Shown: positions 56,904 to 64,000 of the stretch, piece by piece | Layout: every line of letters begins with the position of its first letter | How positions within the stretch are numbered: the stretch's first letter is position 1 | Notes under the pieces: generated by a model | The model's input: the letters and a program-made list of their open reading frames with translations, nothing else | Told to the model about the DNA's origin: nothing | Database searches by the model: none | Made by a program: the position numbers and the translations under genes | Source: Klebsiella phage KpLz-2_45 | Length of the DNA: 64,000 nt | Sequence record: MN871446.1 | Strand: one strand, 5' to 3'

Positions 56904-58354
56904 AAGTGTCTCCCGTATAAGAAATTGTTGATTGTGGAACGCACAGGTTTCCCAATCTCCATGTTGCTATTCAAACTCAGAGGTTTATTGAGATCGAAAG
57001 TCCCCGTGTGCGGAGAAAGCTTCCGTATAGCAATAAAGTCCTCACGTGAAAGAATAGGCATTCCCGCGAGCTGGTCCCCATCGAAATCGCAGTTAGGGGC
57101 TCGGAGCACGAGTAAGCTTAGGCCGATGGTATTGTCGTGAGGGTCTGTCTTGAAGCGTGTAACGAACAGAGACTGTACTGAACGCAGGTTTAAGGTCGGG
57201 TTACGACCCAAGATCTGCGGTAAGCCACGTTTACCCTGAAGCGTTTCGTAAGGAGAACGATCAATCAGACGATTGAGAAGATCGTGCATGTACGGGTCGT
57301 ATTGCCCTACACAATCCAAAATGAACCGCTCACTCTGCGCCAAGGTTAATCCGTCACGCATTAACATCCCAAGAAGATGCGTATGATACAAGGTTATACC
57401 CATACCCCAAGGCATGTGCATTTCTTCGTAGTCATGTGCACCGGACAACGAACTCACCACGCCACGATAAGTCGGTCCTGTACGAGAACCGAAGATCTGT
57501 TTACGATACCAACCAGGTTTCGAACCCAAAACATTCTTATCGACAAACTCACGATACGCAATCAGCATTGTTAATGCTTTAAACGTATTATGCTCACGGG
57601 TGTTTTGATAACGGGGTTCCTCTTTCCCAACGAGTCCGTAAATGGCCCTTGCTGCGTCAACCACATTGACATAGCCCTCCGCGCAAAAGCGCGTTTTGTT
57701 TGAGAGTTCTGTAATGATACTACGCCGACTGGGTAACGGGATATATTGCGAAAAGAGGAGATGACGATTGTTGCGCATGAAGTCATAAACTTCGGTTCGC
57801 TTCTGGTCGGGTTTGAAGACAGGGGCCGTCATCAGTAATTCCAGAATTTCGTCGAAGTGATCAATGAAGTGGTTATACCCTCTTGGTATCCCTAACTTCT
57901 TGAATCGTTCATAGACTATGCTGTTGCGATTCTTAGGCTCATACCGCGTATTACAGAGCCATTCTATCGCACTAAAATCGTCTTGCTTAAAAGCCCGCAT
58001 TAACATATCGAGCGCATTAACGCGTATAAAGGCTCTAACGCCATGAGGGACTTTCATCCAAACACTGGACTCAAAACCTCGGTCAATCGGTGACATCACT
58101 TCAGTGTCACAATACGGACACACGGTATTGGCGGTGCCAGGTTTGGTTGAGGTATTATAACGACCAGTGGTCATCCCACATTCACACGAGGGTAACGTAT
58201 CGATCACGTCGCCTTCATACTCTGTCATGGTTAATTCACGGACAGGGTCAATGAGTTCATATTCGTCGGAACGAATTTCATTGAGAATAATAGGAGGACG
58301 TTTGAGCCGTTGTATGTCTTTGTCGTAGTCAGGTAACGCGTAATAAATGCCCAT
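56900..58354 (-). CDS. multisubunit RNA polymerase beta-prime-like subunit, N-terminal catalytic segment
   Basis: RAPNCDFDGDQLAGMP matches the universal NADFDGD Mg-binding motif. Confidence 0.65.
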   Translation of the reverse strand: MGIYYALPDYDKDIQRLKRPPIILNEIRSDEYELIDPVRELTMTEYEGDVIDTLPSCECGMTTGRYNTSTKPGTANTVCPYCDTEVMSPIDRGFESSVWMKVPHGVRAFIRVNALDMLMRAFKQDDFSAIEWLCNTRYEPKNRNSIVYERFKKLGIPRGYNHFIDHFDEILELLMTAPVFKPDQKRTEVYDFMRNNRHLLFSQYIPLPSRRSIITELSNKTRFCAEGYVNVVDAARAIYGLVGKEEPRYQNTREHNTFKALTMLIAYREFVDKNVLGSKPGWYRKQIFGSRTGPTYRGVVSSLSGAHDYEEMHMPWGMGITLYHTHLLGMLMRDGLTLAQSERFILDCVGQYDPYMHDLLNRLIDRSPYETLQGKRGLPQILGRNPTLNLRSVQSLFVTRFKTDPHDNTIGLSLLVLRAPNCDFDGDQLAGMPILSREDFIAIRKLSPHTGTFDLNKPLSLNSNMEIGKPVRSTINNFLYGRHF

Positions 58355-58384
58355 GATTCCCCTCTAAGCATTAAAAGTCAAGAC

Positions 58385-58416
58385 AAAAAAAGAAAGGACC
58401 GAAGTCCTTTCTTTTT
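58385..58416. terminator. symmetric bidirectional terminator
   Basis: A7, GAAAGGAC-CGAA-GTCCTTTC, T5. Confidence 0.65.
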
Positions 58417-58437
58417 AGAGTATTACCAAACTACGAA

Positions 58438-60339
58438 TTAACGACCGCCGAAACCGTAAGAAGAACGGGCACGAGAACGGAAACCTGCACCGTCATAGCC
58501 GTTGGATTCGTAACGAGAGGTATAACCACGACGGCTGGTACGGCCATCCTGAGTAATACCATCAGCGGTAACCACCATGCCTGCTGCAGACAGTGCGCGG
58601 GTCAGGCCGAACAGCCAGTTGGCGTTCACTTCGATGACGTCTGCACGGTCGGTGATCTGATACTGACCGCCGGTGTAGTCTTCGATGATTTTTTCCATCT
58701 GGTCCATACGGACTTGCAGATCGATCGAATCGTCGTTCAGGCAACGATCGTAATCGGCAACCACCTGCGGAGATTTCAGACCGAAGTTGGTCAGAATTTC
58801 GTAGTAACCGATTTCACGCAGGTCACGTTTATGACCCTGTTCGTCGATCCAGGTGCCCAGCAGTTGCGGCATGTCGCGGATGATACCCACGTCGTACAGA
58901 TCTGAGGTGTTCATGATGGTAGAGAAACGATCGCCGGAGATGTTGTCGGCGGCTTCGATCAGCACGTCAACAGCTTCTTTACGGTTCGGGTTCGTTTCGT
59001 CGCACGCATCAACCAGCAGCTGCAGCAGCGGGGTGTTGATGGAAGAACGCGGGATCTGGATCTGAACGATCTGGCTGTTCTCACGAACAACGTTAGCCAC
59101 CAGGCCAGCCCATTCGTCGTCGTTCAGAACTTCCGGGAGTTTTTCAAACTCGCCTTTCAGTTCATAGGTCAGAGCTTCAGCGGTACGCAGCGCGCCTTTG
59201 GTGTTCAGCGGACGCAGACCCTGAATCAGAGCCGGTTCAGTCATCAGTGCAGATACCTGTGCCAGAGAGAACATCAGGTATTCAGGAATCGCCACGCATT
59301 TCAGATCGCTGATCACCAGAGCGATACCGTAGATACGGGTATCGAAGTCTTCCGCTTTCTTTTTGCGCAGTGCAAAGAAACTGTTGGACTGCTCTTCTTC
59401 GCCTTTGTAATACAGGTCGACGTGGGAGATCAGACCGGCCAGCTGAGTGGACTCACGCTCGGACAATACGTTAACAATACCGCCACGACGTTCGTCACGC
59501 GGCGCCACCATCAGATCAACAACGATATCGGCGCGATGCGGCATTTCGGTGATGTCGTCAGCAACGTCACCTTGATGGAACGCGATGTTCGCCAGCAGAT
59601 CGTTATTTTTCAGGTCCAGCGCCGCAATGCTGAACTCGTTAGTGGTCAGGATCGCGTTAACGGAATAGATGATCTGGTTGATCACGGCAGAAGCGATACG
59701 CTCCAGTTCTGCGTCGGTCGGTTTGTCCAGGAAGATCGGGGACGCCGCCAGATGCTGAACCTGGCCGGTGAATGCCGGGTTGGACAGGGCAATCAGATCG
59801 TCCAGGGACTCTTTATAGCCGATCGCTTCGTACTGGTCGTTAGCGGTGGTGGTGAAACGCACGGTGTGGTCACGACCAACCTGCACGGCCTGTTTCGGCA
59901 TCACGGTGTTACCCACGAAGATCACGGTAGACGCGAAGATCATGCCGTTGTCTTTCAGACGGGCAGCGATGACCGCAGCGTCCAGTTTCATTTGGGTATC
60001 TTTGCCTGTTGCCGGCGTTACCGTCCATTCCAGGACACCGTTCAGGCTGATCGCGGCGCTGTGCTGTTTCTGGATTTCTTTGGTCAGTTCGACGAATTTG
60101 GCTACGTCGCCTGCCGCAGAGTTCAGGGACAGTACTGGCGCATCTTTACGGAAGTTATAGGATGAAGTCACTTTTTTCTCCTGACGGGAATCATTTTCGT
60201 TGGAACGGGTGTAAAAGGAACGGCGGCGTGCAGAGGATTCTTCCTGGCGACCTTCGTCGCGAGAAGTTTCCTGCGCACCAGTTTCTACTGCTGCTTCTTC
60301 TGCTTTGTTTTTGTTGTGATCGTCATCACGTAAGGCCAT
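58438..60339 (-). CDS. abundant-protein candidate with disordered N-terminus and RG-rich C-terminal tail
   Basis: 633 aa; host-optimal codon usage; N-terminal 60 aa charged and disordered; C-terminal GRTSRRGYTSRYESNGYDGAGFRSRARSSYGFGGR. Confidence 0.55.
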   Translation of the reverse strand: MALRDDDHNKNKAEEAAVETGAQETSRDEGRQEESSARRRSFYTRSNENDSRQEKKVTSSYNFRKDAPVLSLNSAAGDVAKFVELTKEIQKQHSAAISLNGVLEWTVTPATGKDTQMKLDAAVIAARLKDNGMIFASTVIFVGNTVMPKQAVQVGRDHTVRFTTTANDQYEAIGYKESLDDLIALSNPAFTGQVQHLAASPIFLDKPTDAELERIASAVINQIIYSVNAILTTNEFSIAALDLKNNDLLANIAFHQGDVADDITEMPHRADIVVDLMVAPRDERRGGIVNVLSERESTQLAGLISHVDLYYKGEEEQSNSFFALRKKKAEDFDTRIYGIALVISDLKCVAIPEYLMFSLAQVSALMTEPALIQGLRPLNTKGALRTAEALTYELKGEFEKLPEVLNDDEWAGLVANVVRENSQIVQIQIPRSSINTPLLQLLVDACDETNPNRKEAVDVLIEAADNISGDRFSTIMNTSDLYDVGIIRDMPQLLGTWIDEQGHKRDLREIGYYEILTNFGLKSPQVVADYDRCLNDDSIDLQVRMDQMEKIIEDYTGGQYQITDRADVIEVNANWLFGLTRALSAAGMVVTADGITQDGRTSRRGYTSRYESNGYDGAGFRSRARSSYGFGGR

Positions 60340-60623
60340 CTTTAAATCTCCTAGGAGTTAAAACAATTTTTATCGCGATTCTGAAGGTACTCATTACCTT
60401 CTTCACTATTGTGATATAGATGTGAAAAAAGTTTGAAATGGGTCTTTTATAGCGATGAGATATAATAGACCTCACTCAATAGAGAGTCAATCGGGTTTCC
60501 GATTAGAACTTTCTACATATAATAGTCATTATGCCCATTTAGGGCTAGTCCTTCGTTATGAAGGAGTTCTTTCATAATATAGCAGATGCACTTTAAAAAT
60601 GATTAGTCGCTCGGAGAAAACTA

Positions 60624-61718
60624 ATGATCTCAGCTTTCGAATTTCTAAACCGTCAATCCGTGAAGACGTTTTTTCCGGGACAACTCACCTTGCTGCGCAA
60701 CAATGCCGACATTAATTTAAAGAACATTAAACAACATTACCGTAATAGCATCCGTGCTGTTGAGAGTGATCATATACTGATTCAGATACTTCAACATTTA
60801 CCGTCACGGGTAGACATGAACGATGAACAGTATTATCGATTCTGCCACTCCGCCAGTAAACTGACACACAGGGCGTTGAACCTCAATACGGAAACCGTGC
60901 TTTCTGGTAAAGCCAGTAAACCATGGTTTTACGGTCAAGGTATGACCGAGTTCTACATCGTTGAGGAAAAAGATCTCCCTTATCGATTCGACGCAAAGAA
61001 CTACTGGCAAGAACTTATTCCAGTACGCCCAATTTCGCACAATCTGACAGGGCTTTCTTTTAACGCCCGTGACGGGCAGTACTTTAGTCACTATAAAGGA
61101 AACGCTTTCCTGTCTATCGACATCGGTCTTCTGGCAGTCCAGTATCGGCACTGGTCGCAGTTTAACGTCGGTACAGAAGCGAACCCGCATCCCGTTTCTA
61201 TCAACCAATTTGTTTATCAGTACCCTTTAGTCAACATGATCGAAGAGGACATGAATTTTTGTTTCTTCAATCGTCTTCGGTTGTCGACAGGGTATATCCC
61301 GGTTAACGATGACGCCGCACGACACGGCTTGGCAATCTACGATTTACGTCCACTGGTTGATAAAGTCTGGGAACAGTGGTTACAACGCGCCAGAAGCGCT
61401 CCGCGGCGCTTCATTGACCTTCCGGCACAAATCCCCGGGTTATTTACAGAAACACTTCTTGAAGCGATTACGATCCCGGATATCTTTTTCAACCGTCAGA
61501 ACCTCGGTCTTTACACATTGGCAAATTTACCGTACTTAAGTACCCTGTCCCGTCTTTCTGGTGAAACAGGGTCTAAAGACAACGGTAGTGTAAAAACTCA
61601 ACTGGAACGTTGGTACGCGCGTTTTGTTAACGGAGGTTACCTGACACCGATAACGGGGATTAATCCTCAAGATACTCTACAGGTTCTGTTGGACGAAGTG
61701 CTGATTCCACTTCGTTAA
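60624..61718 (+). CDS. hypothetical protein
   Basis: 364 aa ORF transcribed divergently from the 58438..60339 gene and convergent with 61660..63876. Confidence 0.5.
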   Translation: MISAFEFLNRQSVKTFFPGQLTLLRNNADINLKNIKQHYRNSIRAVESDHILIQILQHLPSRVDMNDEQYYRFCHSASKLTHRALNLNTETVLSGKASKPWFYGQGMTEFYIVEEKDLPYRFDAKNYWQELIPVRPISHNLTGLSFNARDGQYFSHYKGNAFLSIDIGLLAVQYRHWSQFNVGTEANPHPVSINQFVYQYPLVNMIEEDMNFCFFNRLRLSTGYIPVNDDAARHGLAIYDLRPLVDKVWEQWLQRARSAPRRFIDLPAQIPGLFTETLLEAITIPDIFFNRQNLGLYTLANLPYLSTLSRLSGETGSKDNGSVKTQLERWYARFVNGGYLTPITGINPQDTLQVLLDEVLIPLR

Positions 61719-63876
61719 AGTCAGAGAAAGCATCCTCACGAGAAATTTGATCAAAGACCAGTTTAGATTGGTCTTTATCAAAGAGGTAGTATTCCAGTGA
61801 CTCAAGAACCAGGTAGAAAGGTGACATGGCGCTGCCGATAATTTTACGAATGTTTGTCGCCTCAAGGATATCCTCTGGAATCCCGATTGACATGACAATA
61901 CTTTCTGGCAGCAGGATACGACCCAAATAAGTCTTATTCTTCGCTGCCAGGAATTGTCGCATTCGTTTCGCCATTTCCTGATCTTTCCAGTTCGCTAACC
62001 ATTTCTCCGTTTTGGTTTTCGTATCGTGGATAATACTGAACGACAACGCTGAGTATGGCGGCGGTTCAATAAGACCAAACTTCGGCGCAAAGACTTCTTG
62101 CCACAGTTCGTAGTTCAGATACGGCGTATTCTGTTCTTCGGTCTTCTTAGTGTACCCTTCCTCTTCTTTAACACGTGCCGCTTTAAGGTACGTGGTCTCC
62201 CCTTTACGAATCGATTCGTAGATCGTATACTCCCACCGGGCTACCCACCGTAAGTAACGGCTCAGTTCCAACATTTTCCCTTCCGTAACACTGTCGACAA
62301 TCTCTTCGATCATCAAATCAAGATCTTTACGTACTCCGGCTGGTGAGTTGGAAGCAATGAGCTCTACGCCTTTCTTCTCTCGGTCTTCGATATAGACCCC
62401 TTCTTGTACGCGTTTGTTTGCCGCATAGTGCTTAGCACGACTGGTCAACATGAACACCGGGAAAAGGAATTCGTTCTTCATTGCCAGACGGAAGACTTCT
62501 TTCTCGTCCTGAACACCCATGTTTACGGTCATGGTAGCAAGGTTATGCGTGGTCGTCTGCGAGACAAGGAACGCAATCCCTTCAGCTAGAATGATGTTTT
62601 CTTTCGTTAGCAAATCATTATCAGAGTACCAACGAATCCAATCCTGAACCGTAAAGATAGCGGAGTCGGTATCAGACCCTACACCACTGCGTCTAACGGC
62701 ATGGGGGAAGTCAGAAATCAGGAACGGGATGTTTCTTGACATCAGGAACGTATCGATGATTTCTTTATATTTGTCCAGCGTCTGGTAAATGAGTGCACAG
62801 GTGGAACCTAAACGCCAGTAATCGGCTTTAGCAATAACTTCTTCGTGGAACGGGTTTTTATCGCCAATGATTTCCGGGAACATAACCGTGATCTGTGCGA
62901 TGGTGTCTTCATCGACAAACTTCATCCATCCTTCGTAGTCAGGTACCGGCGTTTCTGCTGGAGTGACTAAACCACGAATCAGATCCCTTACAATCGCCTC
63001 GTTGAACTGACGAATATGATAAAGGTCGCCCATGTAAACGAACGCTGCTCGTTCGTAATCGCTACAGCCTTTCAGGAAACGTTTTAAATTGCGGTCTCCC
63101 CCTTCTGATCGCCAGTAGAGGTCAGACGAATACGACAGTACCGCTAACGTTTCTTCAACCGACGGGATATGCAGATTAAACTTCTTAACGGTATTTTCTA
63201 CTTTTGCCCAATCGGTCAGTTCAAGAATACTGGTCAAGTTAGCGTAGACAACATCAGGTCGCCAATAGTGGCGAGAGCCAGACAATAAACGGTCATTGTT
63301 GGAGTTGGCAATACCGTTGGCAATACGACAGCAACTTGTCAATACCGGGTGCGTTGAGCGGTCGTAAAGCGGTGAGTGCTCAGAACGGTGGTTACCGGAG
63401 ATGGCGTTGTTCAGAATCTTTTTGTTGTTCTGATTGTTGTTGTGGAAGGTTGCCTTAATAAAGTTACCGACTTTCTTCGCTTCAAACATTTCATGTTTTT
63501 CGGCGGAGCGCTTTTTCAAGTTACCTTTGATATATTCAGAGAGTAACGATAACTTTTGGTGCGGCGGTAACACGGTCGTGAACGTAGGTGCCATTAACCA
63601 TTCGTTATCGAGAATGTCTTTGAGGTACTGTGAGAAAGGTACCATAATCGGTTTTTGATCCAGATTCTCATCGCGTTCCAACATGCAAAAAACAGGATCG
63701 GTCACGCCGTTATCCGGGTTTTTCAGTTCCTCGACAACAAAGTCACGACATTCTTCGAAAGGTCTTCCAGTGCTGCGTTGTATGAATAAAGCAGTTTGAA
63801 TAATGTACGACTCGTGCACGCCAAGGTCTCGATGGTAATCCTTAGCGGTGCGCGTAAATGGGTTAGAAACTTTCAC
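61660..63876 (-). CDS. hypothetical protein
   Basis: 738 aa ORF. Confidence 0.55.
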   Translation of the reverse strand: MKVSNPFTRTAKDYHRDLGVHESYIIQTALFIQRSTGRPFEECRDFVVEELKNPDNGVTDPVFCMLERDENLDQKPIMVPFSQYLKDILDNEWLMAPTFTTVLPPHQKLSLLSEYIKGNLKKRSAEKHEMFEAKKVGNFIKATFHNNNQNNKKILNNAISGNHRSEHSPLYDRSTHPVLTSCCRIANGIANSNNDRLLSGSRHYWRPDVVYANLTSILELTDWAKVENTVKKFNLHIPSVEETLAVLSYSSDLYWRSEGGDRNLKRFLKGCSDYERAAFVYMGDLYHIRQFNEAIVRDLIRGLVTPAETPVPDYEGWMKFVDEDTIAQITVMFPEIIGDKNPFHEEVIAKADYWRLGSTCALIYQTLDKYKEIIDTFLMSRNIPFLISDFPHAVRRSGVGSDTDSAIFTVQDWIRWYSDNDLLTKENIILAEGIAFLVSQTTTHNLATMTVNMGVQDEKEVFRLAMKNEFLFPVFMLTSRAKHYAANKRVQEGVYIEDREKKGVELIASNSPAGVRKDLDLMIEEIVDSVTEGKMLELSRYLRWVARWEYTIYESIRKGETTYLKAARVKEEEGYTKKTEEQNTPYLNYELWQEVFAPKFGLIEPPPYSALSFSIIHDTKTKTEKWLANWKDQEMAKRMRQFLAAKNKTYLGRILLPESIVMSIGIPEDILEATNIRKIIGSAMSPFYLVLESLEYYLFDKDQSKLVFDQISREDAFSDFNEVESALRPTEPVEYLED

Positions 63877-63924
63877 GCTATCGTCCTATGTAATCGGTCT
63901 TCTACAGGAATAGTACGGTCACTG

Positions 63925-63982
63925 AAAAAAGAAAAAAAGAAAAGATAACCTTCTCCTGTAACCTTTCGGTTACAGGAGAAGA
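63925..63982 (-). terminator. rho-independent terminator for a gene beyond the window end
   Basis: CTTCTCCTGTAACC-GAAAG-GTTACAGGAGAAG then a long T-run on the minus strand. Confidence 0.55.
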
Positions 63983-64000
63983 GAATAGTTAACTGGTGAC

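Noticed and set aside
59422-60165. 247 aa plus-strand ORF (and 59846..60160)
   Set aside because: Antisense artifacts inside the strongly codon-biased gene 58438..60339; G/R/V/Q-rich with no start context.
1-64000. CRISPR arrays, integrase/transposase genes, att sites
   Set aside because: No regularly spaced direct repeats and no tyrosine or serine recombinase or DDE transposase motifs were found. The window looks like a lytic-phage core/accessory region, not an integrated island boundary.

Overview
This 64 kb window looks like a segment of a large, probably jumbo phiKZ-like, bacteriophage genome that infects an enterobacterial host. The host inference rests on a tRNA-Ile(CAU) gene whose anticodon arm is identical to E. 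coli ileX. Coding density is high (about 90 ORFs, mostly on the minus strand, with frequent TAATG/ATGA start-stop overlaps), ORFs tile tightly, strong RBSs are common, and many symmetric A-run/hairpin/T-run bidirectional terminators are present. No integrase, transposase or CRISPR array was seen.

The recognisable gene content is phage replication and transcription machinery:
- Fragments of a split multisubunit RNA polymerase: a beta-like subunit (44595..46865, GMKGV and NRMNPS motifs), a beta-prime N-terminal part (56900..58354, NCDFDGD catalytic motif), and a beta-prime C-terminal part (10811..12184, EDDCGS and trigger-loop-like motifs).
- A stand-alone family-B-type 3'-5' exonuclease domain protein at 8965..10701.
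- Two SF2 helicases, one of which (40378..42561) carries a 197 aa intein inserted exactly in its P-loop.
- A metallophosphoesterase (SbcD/Mre11-like), an SSB-like protein with an acidic tip, GNAT acetyltransferases, an HExxH peptidase, a macro-domain protein, and a transglutaminase-like Cys peptidase.
- Many hypothetical proteins, some probably virion proteins.

A tRNA island at about 22.7-28.35 kb on the minus strand holds:
- Six canonical tRNAs (Ser-GCU, Asn-GUU, Asp-GUC, Gly-UCC, Leu-UAA, Ile/Met-CAU).
- One tRNA-like gene with a GC-hairpin insertion in the anticodon arm.
- An HNH homing endonuclease.
- A signal-peptide periplasmic substrate-binding protein.
- A 1.1 kb ORF-free structured region.

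The most unusual element is a pair of apparently circularly permuted (split) tRNA-like genes at 27993..28290. In each pair a 3' half (anticodon-stem 3' strand, V-loop, T-arm, acceptor 3' strand) lies immediately upstream of a 5' half (acceptor 5' strand, D-arm, anticodon-stem 5' strand). Acceptor and anticodon stems are perfectly complementary between the halves.

A conserved promoter-like motif (ATATATCACTCTATTGA on the transcribed strand) recurs upstream of at least seven minus-strand genes.
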